Source: Negaprion brevirostris (lineage: Eukaryota). From it: a DNA stretch of 64,000 nt. The notes beneath the pieces are model-generated. The model saw nothing but the letters and a program-made list of their open reading frames with translations. It searched no databases and was not told the origin of the DNA. A program made the position numbers and the translations under genes. The DNA is taken from positions 6,946,508-7,010,507 of the forward strand of contig JARDVH010000121.1 of assembly GCA_030324005.1 (NCBI GenBank), in the 5' to 3' direction. This document shows positions 40,981 through 53,340 of the stretch, one piece after another (positions within the stretch are counted from its first letter, which is position 1; each line of letters begins with the position of its first letter).

Positions 40981-41599
40981 AATATTCAAGCTTTTATGGT
41001 AAACACAATTAGATAGCTCAATTAAGTTAACAGTAAATGACACATGACATATTGTGTGGGACAGTATGAACGTGCACACACAGCAGCAGACAACAAAAAC
41101 GACATGCACTTTTTTTTAATGGAAGGAAGCTCACAATGTGAACAGTGCCAATGAGTTTGCAGTTCGGGCCATTGGAATGACACAACTGTAGCTGGAACAA
41201 GGATCAAGGAAGCACGTTATATGTTGTCATGTCACTTTAAAAAAAAAATCTTATATGTGCATGAAATCCCGGATTAGCATTTGGACGTCAACAAAATTCA
41301 CCTTATGGAGTCGGAGTAAAATCATGGAAAGATACAGGAACGGAAACGTTACTTGAGATGCAGATTTAAATAATGGAGTATTACTGTATTGAAATAACAC
41401 CTTGTCTCAGAACACTTTCTTTGCCAACCGGACAACTGTTCCGCTGAAAAGCCCGATACACGTAGAAAAATGCTGCTGTCCCAACACGCCTGAGCCGTGA
41501 CAAAGCGAAGGAAGTATTAGCCCTCAGATCTATCCATGTAATATTCGTGCATCGCATAGGTATGCTGACGCAGTAGATACGCTGTTAATTTAACTAACC

Positions 41600-41925
41600 A
41601 AAAATAACCCTTCACAAGTCGTATTCGTCGACATTAGTGCCAAATATTAATCAAGATACTTTTCAGAGTGTGAGTCAACCCGCCCTTTTACCAACCTACT
41701 GGGCAGCGCAATCGAGAGCATCACAATCCTCTGGGTAGAAAATAAAATCTCCCATTAATCACGTGCCCATTACCTTGAAACAACGTCTCTTTGTCAGTGA
41801 CTTTTCAAATAAGGGGAACAACTGTTCCATAGCCACTTTGCGAATGTCTCTCATAATCATGTACGACATATTCGGGTTGCTCCTCAATCGTCTGTTCCAA
41901 TGAACAAACAATTATTCGAAACTGC
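41600..41925 (-). mobile_element. Old CR1 ORF2 C-terminal fragment
   Basis: RRLRSNPNMSYMIMRDIRKVAMEQLFPL..SLTKRRCFKV (~RRLRGDLIEVYKIMRGIDRVD.E.LFP..S.TRGHRFKV). Confidence 0.7.
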
Positions 41926-42171
41926 GGCAGTAAAAAGGAGAGGAGGAGTATTTTGCACGAAATGTCAACAACAGGAGGAAACACAGCACAGACGGGGGAA
42001 AAACGCAATCACTACACAACCAGATCCCAAAGNNNNNNNNNNNNNNNNNNNNNNNNNNNNTGGTCCCTGCATCAGTGAAATAACAGACATAACCAATGTG
42101 TCCGTGCGACCCTGAAATCACGACATTGCCGCAGGTGAGCATTTGTCTTATCGAGTCTACAACAACAGTTG

Positions 42172-42470
42172 CATAGAATCACTACAGTGCAGAAGGAAGC
42201 CATTCTGCCCATCGAATCTATACCAATCCTACAAAGGCCGTACTCCCATAACGCCTCATATTTTTTTTGTAATTTGCATGGCACTAAGGTTAATTTAGCC
42301 AGGCCAATCAAACTGTCCCGCACATATTTGAGCTGTGGCTGGAATCCAGTGCATCCCGAGGAAACCCACAAAGACATGGGGAGAATGAAGAAACTCCAAA
42401 CATGAGGGTGGTATTCTAGCCGGGATCCTGGTACTGTGAGACAGCAGTGCTAACTACTGTGTCACTGAAA
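42172..42470 (-). mobile_element. HE1-type SINE
   Basis: Reverse-complement core aatttagccaggccaatc...gaggaaacccacaaagacatggggagaatg...gacagcagtgctaac. Confidence 0.88.
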
Positions 42471-43029
42471 CTCCACCCGAAACGTCCGTATCGGCAGAAT
42501 ATATTTCCAAGGTCTACCCTGCCTTGTTTTCGTAACTTATTCAGTAACACAGTATAGCCCCATACGCAAAATACTAATCGTAAATATGGAACAATTTATC
42601 ATGGCAAATCTGCCATCAATCGCAATTATGTTGTTGGGGAAAACCGATGCAGCAAATGGAAATACACACAGATGCAGCGAAGGTGCAAACTCCCCACATG
42701 CAGCGTTAAGGTCCTTGCCGCTGTGAGTCATCAGTGTTAAATATTGTTTCGGTCTGCTGCCCATTTTCCTGAGATTAGTGTCGCCTAATAAAGATGAAGG
42801 AATATATCAATTGGAAAAAAAAAATCGTTGCCTGGTTCATTTTGAACTGTCCGCATGCAATGTTGCCAGCTCAGTTTTAAAATTTTGGACCATCAGGTTT
42901 TTGAATCGTTTATCGGATTATCGCGCAGAACTCCAGTATTCCACAAACATTCCTTTTCCATTCTTAGTGTCTGCAAAACTCTGCCGGGAATTAGGTTGGT
43001 CTTGATTTCATTTAGTTCATTATTGTCAC

Positions 43030-43668
43030 ATCCGCTGAATATTATTGTATCTTGCGCGTGAGAAAGAGGAAAAGAAAATACCGCCCATACAATATGTTGG
43101 GCAAAATGAAAGGAGAGGGTGCAGAATTCCGTGTTGCATTTATGGATAGTACAGAGAAAAGTCAACTTAATATGCGGTACGTCCATTGAACAGTCTGGTG
43201 GTCGCAGGAAATAAGTCGTTCTTGAGGTTACAGCTAAATGATCTCAGCATTGTGTACCAACTAAAGAAGGCAGAATAAAGTGTTCAGTTGCCCATGGGTG
43301 CGGCGATTTTGCTGGTTGCTTTTCTGAGGCAGCAGGAAGTGTTGACAGAATTAATGAATTGAAAGCCGAGTTTGAGAGATTGACTGAGATATGTTCACAA
43401 ACCTGTGTGGTTTATTGCGGCTTCCATCAGAGGTTAAGACATACGAAGGCGTCAACGATCCGGAACGGATGAACTTTGCGTCGCAGCCACTCAAATCGAT
43501 GAGTCAGAGCAGGCATGCATGAGTTTATGTGCTTCCTGGAAACGTAGTGGCATTGTTGAGCTGAAGTGACTGCATAATTGACATGCAGGGACTCGGAGAG
43601 ATTATTAATGGTCAACAAACTTGAAGGCTTAGACCATTTCCACATCAACCCATTTGATTTTGTCAGAA
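43030..43668 (-). mobile_element. Rex1/Babar-like LINE, 3' part (from INGxDVEMV to the 3'UTR)
   Basis: Reverse-strand aaatgggttgatgtggaaatgg..ttcaagttt, and 3'UTR similarity to the copies at 34.5 and 38.3 kb. Confidence 0.75.
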
Positions 43669-43670
43669 CG

Positions 43671-46600
43671 TGTTGCTAGGGTACCTGAGCTGGCCCACGT
43701 TGCCTAAATTGCTGACAATAGAAGTCTCAGGAAGTTTGTACCTCAGCAAGAAGACGCAACTTCAATTCGGCCAGCAGCTTATCGGAGACCACAACAAGGT
43801 GAATACAACACTGAGATGGAGCTGCTAGTCCTTCCCAATCACATCTGACACATACAGTTCGACCACAGTTTTGTTTTCATCGACTATCCCCTCCTTTGAG
43901 AAACTTAAAATCCTTTATTTTCAATACGGGAAAACCAACAATGTTATCTGGCAAATGCTTCAGCCAATCACATCTTGCCCTCTGGCATAATTGCATTTCA
44001 TTACCCGTATAATCCGGAAGTTACCACCTCTCTCAGCCGGCCATACTTATCGTGTTACCGAGCTGCTAGTCCAAAGTTCATATGGTCGTTCTCATGGATT
44101 GCCTTACATGCCAATGTCAAACCAGATTAAAACATGACTCCACGTTGGGGCATGCATCCATCTTTTCTGAACAGTGAACACATCCTATTCTTGAACTGTG
44201 ATGGAATGTCCCTGATGTTCCCTCCAACCGAAACTTTATTGATAAATCTTGCATACTGTTAAAATCCAATTATTTTCTTAGAATGTTGTTTTTTACCCCC
44301 CCCCCACCCAATGTAATCTACCATGATGCTAGACAGCATTTCTTTCTAGGCTGATATGAACATTATAACTTAATAGCAAGTACATATATTTAAGGTAACA
44401 AACATATATTACTTAAAATTGCTTAAAACTTCTAATGCACCACGGCTAGGTAAACTGCTTCCTTGTTAGCTCGTCAGCTTGTTTTAAATTTGTTTAACTC
44501 ATTCTCTATAGTTCTGTCAGTGTCGAGATATCTAATGGTTTAAACATCACATTCACCAATTAGGTTCTCCTAATTTTGACATCCTGTTTGTCATGGACCA
44601 GTGCAATACTAGGACAGTAAATAAAGTTCTAAAGGGACGATTTAAAAAAAAAAATCCTATAAGGCGATTGGCCTCCCATTCATTTATTTGTTATCTTGAT
44701 TGTCATTATTAATACTGCATTAACTGTGCATGACTGCATTTCAAACATAATACCCATTAATGCTAAGAATCACAACGACAAGTAATATGCTCTCATGTAG
44801 GTTATAAAATAGATGTGTGATATTACATGTTAACATACACAGGAGGGAAGCTTGGTAATAAGAACATCTATTTATCCATTTTTAGTGATGCCGCTGCAAT
44901 GGTAACCTTCATGGATTTTGCTGCTGAAGAGCATTTGTATTTAAATGTCTGTATAGTTACAATGAGCATTAAGATAACAATGAGGAAGAACGACATCCCT
45001 TGCTTTATGTTAGTTCCATGAGAACTTATTCATCCAGTTGACCTAAGCAAAGTATGTTGACTGTTTACATCTCTCAACCTCCGTTGGAATGTGTGTGACC
45101 AAATTAGCTATGTTCTCGGAAGTGTCAGATATGCGTGTGCAGCATTTTTACCCAATCAATCAAAACAAATGTTCCACTCTGAGGTGCCAATATATCATCT
45201 AATGGCATTCGAAACGGTTGAACAACAATGCACATTGCAACCATGACATCACTGTTGTCAGTGAGGGCTGCAGCTGTATCATTGCTAAACTGTTCCAAAA
45301 TCGAGATAATAGCTTCAATCCGTATTGCCAATCTCATATACAAGTTGGGGGATAGCAGCATGACAAGCAAGTTGTTTATTCCCACAAGGGCATGCCACTA
45401 TCTCCCAGAAAAATGCTGACAAGAGTGTTAAATGCACTGTACTATATATCCAAGGTACCACTTCTACTCTGTAGCTATATTTTCACAAATCCAATATGTG
45501 CGATTAAGAGTTGGGGAAGTGTGTTCCCCCTTTAAATAGTATGACATATTATAGAATCGATCTCCCCTACATATCAGGCTGATTGAATGTATTAGTTCTT
45601 GACACGTACTTGTGCCCAAAACTGCTTCGGTATATTTTATTTTCAACAAAGAATATCCCTTTCAGATTTTTATTCTGCTACATTTAAGTTAAGACTGAGT
45701 GCTGGATTTGATTTTTAAAAATGGCAGGTCAAATGAATTTCTGTTCATGTGACATGTCCCAGTTCCACATGATGTATTTCTATAAACTTCTGCTCAATTA
45801 CAAGCTCTTGGAAAACTTGATGATGTTGCCTTATGCTCCTGAAAGGACTGATTAAGCTCATTCCCTGGTCATGACAGAGGCATTGGATGCAAAGCAGTTC
45901 CTCCCATATCATTTGTAGGAATGTGCTAACGAACCCAAGGTTAAGACATATTGACAATTCCAGCATAATCATACGTCTTATACCGAAAGAATTAGTACGG
46001 AACTCCCAATCGACAGTCTGTGTGAAACATAAAACGTGCAGCAATATAAGAACAGAAAAACTAACAAACATTTTGATATTTATCAACTGAAGGTCGCAAT
46101 ATTTTTTGTCATATCTCTAAGCTGCCGGTAACTATTATGAAGAAAAAATCCAAAACCAGGGCGCAGTTCTGAATTCATTAATTTCAAGTTTGGCTCAATA
46201 CAATGTTTCTTGGGACTTGATTGATGGTTCTTACGTTCTGTTGATCTCGAAGTTATCTGGGGTCTCCTGCAAATTCTGCCAAGAAAAACAATCGCCTTGT
46301 GGCAATGGAGTAAGTGTCACATTTACTAAACCATCTCTATTTCCTCTAGTCTAATATTACTATGATCTTCCAGTGTCATGAACTGGCCTAATCGAATAAC
46401 TCTCCGACAAATCCAAACTGATGTCTTCAGCAGTAATGTGGTTAGAAAAACTATGGTGACACCATTTTTTTTTCAATATTGACCATAGAAAATGTTTTTT
46501 ATTACCACATTGCTCAAAAAGATATGGCACGTGTGTGTCCTGTGATGCCATCGCGGACTGTACTTCTCAACAGTTATGACATGTGTTTGACCTGTGATAA

Positions 46601-46760
46601 TTACGCTAAAATTCCATCGCAACCGACCACTAGCCATTCTTTTGTCTATTTTTTTTCACCACTATCATACCCCCTGGTGTACATAGTTAACAGTGTTGAC
46701 TTCTGCCAATTTCATGTAACACTTTGTATTTCTTGAATGATTACCTACTTCTTGAAAGAA
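43671..46760 (-). mobile_element. Endogenous retrovirus remnant: possible integrase traces, env pseudogene, PPT-like tract and probable 3' LTR
   Basis: env is clear. A purine tract AAAGGAGGGGA lies at 43887-43897 (minus strand), and the segment ends ...CAACA at 43671. Integrase-like words (EINRT, EKYSP) at 46150-46740 are weak. No 5' LTR seen. Confidence 0.6.
44868..46071 (-). pseudogene. env: Retroviral envelope (gamma-type TM, fish ERV-like) pseudogene, ~400 codons with frameshifts and stops
   Basis: Signal peptide MFVSFSVLILLHVLC; WV..HIP...GG..LHPMPL; NRTYWIC; heptad LEQFSNDTAAAL; ISD-like RMPLDDILAPQSGT; KCCTRISD (CX6CC remnant); TM anchor GMSFFLIVILMLIVTI. Confidence 0.88.
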
Positions 46761-46789
46761 TGCATACAGGCTGCTAATTAACTCATATA

Positions 46790-48605
46790 CTGAAACACTA
46801 CTTCTCGGTCAACCTCAAGTTTAATTTCAACTACGGAAAATGTGCCTCACTCCTGCTTCACCAGACTGTGCCCCACATCCAGAGGGCTTCTCAATCCATC
46901 GAATGGACCGTACAGCGGCCTCAGGCAAGGCTAGGGTAGGTGGAGTCTGTTTCTTTATCAACACTTCGCGGTGCATCGACATAGCAACACTGACAAGTTT
47001 CGGCTCCCCACATCTCGAATACCTGACGCAGAACTGCCACCCCTACTATCTTCCACGGGAAATGGCCTCCGTTATCCTGATGGCAGTTTACACCGCAACC
47101 AATGTGGTGCTTGATAAAATGTACAGCACTATAAATAACCTTAAGATAATGCATACCTAGAACTTTCCCATCCTGACTGGGGACTTCAACCATGCCAAGC
47201 TCAAAGAATGAGCTACCAACTTACCACCAATACGTTCCATTCCACCATTGACCCAAACATCCTAAAATCACTGTTACATAAATAACAAACATGCCGACAG
47301 CTCCGTCGCCCGCCAAGACATTGGCAAATCGAAGGTTGTACTCCTGCTCCCGGCATACACAACTGAAGCGGGAAAATTCATCGAAAAAGTAGCGTAATCT
47401 TGGTCTGAAGAATCGGATCATCTCCGACGGGACTGTTTGAAGGCAATGGACTAGGCATATTTAAAAACTCTGCTTCGAGCCTGACCGAGTACGCCAAGGC
47501 AGTAACTGAATTCATGAGTAATCCTGCAGAAGGTGGTGTGGTAAAGAAGCAAATCCGTGTTTTCATGTTTTCCAAAACGAGATAACATGATTGAACAAGG
47601 GTGTCCACTCCTTTCAGCAGTCTTGAGACGTTCGTGTCAGCCGACCCTGACTTATAGAAGAAAACCAGACGCGATCGAAGTTGATCCATCAAAGAGGTCA
47701 AAACAAAGTGATAAACAAGACACGATTCCTAGCTATCCATACGGACGTCCGCCAACTATTGCAAGGTGTGCAATACATTAACAGGCGACAAGACGAAGGC
47801 ATGGAAAATCGCCGGCTCCAACGCACCCGCTGCCGACGAGCTTAGTGCATTATATGTGCATATTGCCAAAGCGGTCAGCAATAACACACCCTCACCCTGG
47901 ACGCCCGAGATGAACTTGTATTTGGGTCACCATTGCGGATGTCAGACCAACTTTATTAAACGTCAAACAACGGCAGGCCCAAATGGGTGTACCCGGACGA
48001 GCACACAGGTACGACACGGAACAGCTGGCAGAGGTATTCGCAGATGTCTTCAATATCTCCTTTACGACAATTTGAGGTCCCAATATACTTGAAGAAGACG
48101 CTAAGAATAGCCAAGCAGCATGCCTTAACGTCTTTTGGCCGGTCGCTCTGACATGCATCATTGTAAAGTGCTTCGAAAGGCTAGTCATGACAGGTTTCAA
48201 TTCCTGCCACCCGGACTGCCTGGATCCACTACAGTTCGCCTATTGCCGCAAAACGTCCACAGCAGAAGCCAACACCCTGATCCTGCTCTCAACCTTGGAA
48301 CACATGGATATCAAAGACACCTACAGCGGACTCCTACTTATTGATAGCAACGCAGCCTCCGACCCCATTATTTATACCAAACTCATCTCCAAACTCCGAG
48401 ACTGGGCCTTCGCACCTCCCTCTTCGGCTGGATCCTGCAATTCCTAACCCATAGACCGGAATCAGTCACGATTGGCAACAAAATCCTCCATGATCATCCC
48501 CGGCTTCAGTGCTCATATTGCTGTGTTCTCAGCCCCCTTCTGTGCTCTTTATACCCTTTTGTCTCTGTGGCCAAATATCCCCCTATCTTGAATTTCAACT
48601 GTGCT
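46790..48605 (+). mobile_element. Rex1/Babar-like LINE, 5' part (endonuclease + RT up to the FAD motif)
   Basis: PEGFSIHRMDRTAASGKARVGGVCFFIN, CHPYYLPRE, GDFNHA, DCLDPLQFAYCRKTST; stops at ttcaactgtgct (~FKFA). Confidence 0.9.
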
Positions 48606-49770
48606 CTCCTATAGATAATAATCCAATAATCATTAATACAAATCAGTCAACAAGCATCTTGTAATTAATCCAGCCAATAGAAAATGCACATAATGGCCTA
48701 ATGTGTTTTCAATTGTTATTAAATATGGACAAAGCCCTCCTTCCGTTATCTCAGGACGTAAACGGGAGGATCATTTCAACCGATTTGAACCCACCATGAC
48801 TCTCGTCCGACCCTGAGAAAATCTTCATGTCCTCTCGCCACTTGCAATATTTCTCGGNNNNNNNNNNGATTTCTAGGACCCGAAGCAGAGCACTAGAATA
48901 TTTTGTTATTGTTCTTTTTCAAACACTGCTGATAGCATTAGTTCTTTCCAGAAGACCCAATGTTTCTTCCCTTTCTGGCTAGGGCCTGCTGTATTTTGTC
49001 ACTAACTGGAGTTCCTCGAAATGCAACCAAAAGCAGAACGCGGCAGCCTTGTTAGTTGAAAATATATGTTCAATTGACAAATTTTATAAATAATGCAGAA
49101 CTCTCCTCTATGACCACACCCACGGTTGACTTAATTTCCCATCGTCGAAAATAATTATTTCCAAAGTCAGTGTTGAGTTAGTGTTCCAAAACCTAATTTG
49201 GCATTAATATCTGCTTCTCAGTCACAAATAACGGCACTTTCTCAATAGTTAGAATGGGCGGTCTTCCCCCTCTAATTTATTATCGTATGAAGTGACGCCA
49301 ATGGAACGAGCGTTCTCACCTTACTATCATTCGGGACATTTCCGACTCTCTACGTTAACCTCCCAGATAAATGTCCCTCGTCCAAATCCACTTGGATTGG
49401 GGGATACAAAGAATGTGTTACCATCCTCCCTTCGGGCACAATTTTACGGTCTCCCCGAAAATATTTTATTACATCTGACTGCTTGTTAGCTGCCTCATTC
49501 TGAAGCGATTTTCCATCATCATACCTAGAATTAACTCGGCTATAGCAGGTCTTTGTTTATTCTGGACTTTTCGCCAGGATTTTTACTGGGATTCGGAAGT
49601 CTAAATCTCATAACCTTTCTCTGTCATCTTCCCAATTAATGTATCACGGTCTATTACGAGTAGTTGTATTATTTATCGTCTCTTCCCCACTTTTCATTTC
49701 GGCTTCTGCCATACTCTACAAGAAGAAAAAAAAAACTCAAGAGGGTTTTTGTCTTCCAGACGCACACAAT

Positions 49771-49896
49771 AGGCTGGATTTTCCGGCACCGTTCGAGCCA
49801 GCCCATAGATTCCTGCACGCGTTCAATGCAAATTTCCATTGTCAGACGCTTACCTGCCGCAATTCCGTGGTGGGTGAGGTGGTGATGTTTTAGCCT
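49771..49896. mobile_element. Small Harbinger-type MITE
   Basis: Imperfect terminal inverted repeats aggctggattttcc and ggtgatgttttagcct; GC-rich interior. Confidence 0.5.
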
Positions 49897-50129
49897 GTGT
49901 TATTTCTCAATTTTTTTATGACTGAACTTCCCGTCCAATTCCACAGAACCCTCTCTGGGAGTTTCTTTGGGTCAGAGCCCTCAGCTCCTACTTAAAGGGC
50001 CACACATTCCTTCTAACGTTTAACTGAAAGACTGTTGGTGGGAGACCTGAGGTGGTTTCTACTGCCTAATCATCCGACAGTACAAGCCTGCCAATGCCAG
50101 TGTTTGAGTTTCAAGAGGTAGATTTCGTT

Positions 50130-50330
50130 AGACCAATGGCCACTGGAGAGCTTTAATGCACGGAGTCAGCTCTGCGACAGAAACAGTTAGACATATCTGA
50201 TGAAATCTGAAGTCCACAATCTGCATGCCATTCATTTTCTCTCTTGTAAATGCTGCCAGATCTGCTATGATTTTCATTCATTTTCTCTTTTGGTTTCAGA
50301 TTCGAGCATCCGCAGTAATTTGCTTTTAAT
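50130..50330 (+). mobile_element. Penelope-like pseudo-LTR remnant
   Basis: tgctgccagatctgct...ttttggtttcagattcgagcatccgcagtaatttgctttt tail. Confidence 0.7.
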
Positions 50331-50502
50331 AATACTTTTCATGTAACTTAGCCAATCATGTCCGAATCTCTGGCGTAATGGAATTTCATTCGTCCGGATG
50401 TTCAGGAAGCTTAATGCTGTCTAAGATGATTCCATTCCTCGTGTTCCCGAGTAACTTCACTCGTTAGCCCAAAGATTAAAAAAAAACGTTTCCGTCAGTT
50501 AA

Positions 50503-50745
50503 GAACATAAGAACAGAAGAAATAGGAGCAGGAGTAGGCCATCTAACCCCTCGAGCCTGCCGCGCCATTCAATAAGATCATGGCTGATCTGTCGTGTCTC
50601 AGTTCCACATTCCCGCCCACTCCCCATAACCCTTAATCCCCTCGTCTATCAAAAACCCATCAACCCGTGTCTTAAATATGTTTAGCGAGGCAGCCTCCAC
50701 CACTTCAACGGGCAGAGAATTCCAGAGATTCACCACCCTTTGAGT
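50503..50745 (-). mobile_element. Young CR1 3' end running into a gap
   Basis: Near-consensus aacataagaa..aggagcaggagtaggccatct..ccctcgagcctg; TQRVVNLWNSLP; 8-nt tail repeats. Confidence 0.93.
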
Positions 50746-51599
50746 NNNNNNNNNNNNNNNNNNNNNNNNNNNNNNNNNNNNNNNNNNNNNNNNNNNNNNN
50801 NNNNNNNNNNNNNNNNNNNNNNNNNNNNNNNNNNNNNNNNNNNNNCACAACGATTCCACTTTCTGCTCTTTGGCTCCTATATCATCCCTTACTACCACCC
50901 TGATGCTATCCTTAATCAGCAGTTCCCTTATAGGTCACTGTTAAACCAGATTAACACATAACTCCACATCTTGACATGCATGCATGTCGTCTAGAGTATT
51001 CATGAAACATGTTTGCATGTTGTAAATGTTCTGTCCGTCTGACAATCTACGGATAAATCGTACATATTCTTAAGATCTTAACATTCTCTTGGAACATGGT
51101 GTTTTCCTAATACCTTTTACCATGTTATTTCGCAGCAAACTGTTGCTGAATAAGATGATCAATGTGCCCCAAATACCCTAATATGTTGGCAAATCAACAT
51201 TTTTTTTTAATCAGAATCGTTTGATTAAATAGATTACTGCCCCTCAAAACTGTAAATTGTTTCAGTGTTCGTTGATAAGCTTGTTTTAAAAGTAATTTGA
51301 AGTAATGTTGATGTTTCCGTCTGTCACTAATTGTCTTCCAAAAGTATACGTTTTCACGTACAACATGTCCTCACTACTCTTAAAATGTTACACTATGCTT
51401 GTTGTGAGCGTGGCAATGTTTTTGGAGGGGCACGTGGCTTTTGGAGATATACAGGAACATTGTCCAAGTTATGAAAGTAAAAGTACGTGCTGAAAAGGCA
51501 ATTCCATGTTATTGAAACCATTGAGTCTGCACCTCATCTCCGACATGTATGGGCGGGATTTTACAACATCGCTCTTCTCATCGTCCATGCCCTCTATTT

Positions 51600-52980
51600 A
51601 ACCAGCGGTCTGGATGTTTGAATTCTAGAAGTGACAGGTTCTATGTCTGCAGGAAATCTGACCAGCTGGAACTCCGCACACCTTGTCTTTCGGTTGGAGC
51701 AGCAGCTGGACACAAAGTATGACATACAGGGATCAGAGTATATGATGGGCTCCACTTTCAAAAGTCGTAGCAGCATTTGTACAGACATGTTGATGGTAGA
51801 CAACCAAGAGAAGCCGGCATGCAATTGACAACGTTTCTGTTGGCATTCCCTTCCCAAACATCTATACGGTTTTAGATATCCCTGGGGTAGTGGATTGGAG
51901 AGCAAACAGAGTAAATTACCGACAGCAAAAGTCAGGCCGGAGGCACCACAATTCGTTCAGATCAGAGTCGAGCGAACTACAACCGAGTGATTGCAGGAGG
52001 ATAATCGTTTACACGGGCACAGCGAGACATTTATGTGGCCGTGAATAACCCTCTGGGATGGTGTGCAATTTCACTGGTGCAGGATCTGGGAAGCCTGAAA
52101 ACGGACAAAGGACATATTGGAAAGTAAGGATAAACAGAGAGATGTTACTGTCACATTAACAAAATATAACAAAAGCATAAAAGAGGAACGAGACCCTCCG
52201 AAGACTATTCAGCGAGTCAGGTGGTGATTTCAAATTGCAGACCGTTGCAATACGAGGATTGTCAACATTCCACAAGTTGGCCAGGCTTCGAGAGGGGAGA
52301 TAGTACGGTTAAGCACATGTGGAAAGACCTTGTGTTGGGGGGACATTATATGTATGGAACACAGTGCTGTGTTCTGCGGAAGGGAGACCTAAACAGGGTG
52401 AATGTTTTACTCCTGAATCAGAGGGCCACGAATATCCTGGAATTTAGAGTGTTTTCTGGAAGGTTTTGAACAAGTGCAGCAGGAAGGTGGCAAACTGGAC
52501 CATTATGTGTAGGGGCTGTATAAGAAGATGGAATTGATGTGAGCATAGCGCAGAGTCGAAGTAGATCGAGAAACGGCATGCAGCTCAGCAGGACAGGCTG
52601 CCTGAATTAAGAAAGAATGTCTAATAAGTCATGTGAACCGAGACTTTGGACTGTTGGGTGGATTATGGATTTTTTTTTCAGGAGGTCCAGGGCTGCCTGA
52701 TTTGAGCTCTAAATGGAGGCTGGATAAGCTTGGATGTTTTTGTTGTTGTTTTCTGGAGTACCTAAAAAATAGGACTCAGCTTATCGAGGTCGATATAATA
52801 AAGCAGGGCATTGGCAAAGTGGACAGTCAGCCTTTATTTCCGACGGCATGGAACTCTTATTAAAGGTTGCATAGGTATAAAGTAAGAAAGGAACGAGTCC
52901 GTAAGTGCAGAGAGGAGATGGTTTTGCACAGAATGATGTGAGTTTCTGGACAAGTTTCCATATGAAGTTGCAGAGGCTCC
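51600..52980 (+). mobile_element. Internally deleted CR1: ORF1 joined to the ORF2 C-terminus
   Basis: YVCRK.DQLEL...RLEQQLDT and VVIS...LNQRATNIL (ORF1), then at ~52680 GLPDLSSKWRLDKLG...QPLFP (ORF2 end). Confidence 0.75.
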
Positions 52981-53048
52981 CATGATGCATGTGAGACACA
53001 AACCCTGCATTCTTGAATTTACCCACCCCCCGTCACGCTACTCATCCA

Positions 53049-53340
53049 CATAAGAACATAAGAACTAGGAGCAGGAGTAGGCCATCTAGCCCTTCGAGCC
53101 TGCCCCGCCATTCAATAAGATCANNNNNNNNNNNNNNNNNNNNNNNNNNNNNNNNNNNNNNNNNNNNNNNNNNNNNNNNNNNNNNNNNNNNNNNNNNNNN
53201 NNNNNNNNNNNNNNNNNNNNNNNCTAACACCTGGCAAATTATTCACGTCCTCCTCCGTGAAGACCGAAACAAAAAAGTTATTCAAGACCTCAGCCATTTC
53301 GCCATCCCCTACCCGTAAGTCCCCCCTGTCATCCTCATGT
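53049..53340 (-). mobile_element. Young 5'-truncated CR1 spanning a 100-N gap
   Basis: 3' tail cataagaacataagaactaggagcagg left of the gap; EDDRGDLRVGDGEMAEVLNNFFVSVFTEED (EN-RT linker) right of the gap. Confidence 0.9.

Noticed and set aside
41775-41925. Minus-strand exon-like segment with strong splice signals
   Set aside because: Stops in all frames; explained as the CR1 ORF2 C-terminus.
49744-49771. RSS-like nonamer GGTTTTTGT, plus about ten ATGCAAAT octamers elsewhere, suggesting an Ig/TCR locus
   Set aside because: No heptamer at 12 or 23 bp spacing, and no V, D, J or C exon found.
50197-50230. Second hammerhead candidate (CTGATGA) in the Penelope remnant
   Set aside because: No correctly placed GAAA box or stem II remains.
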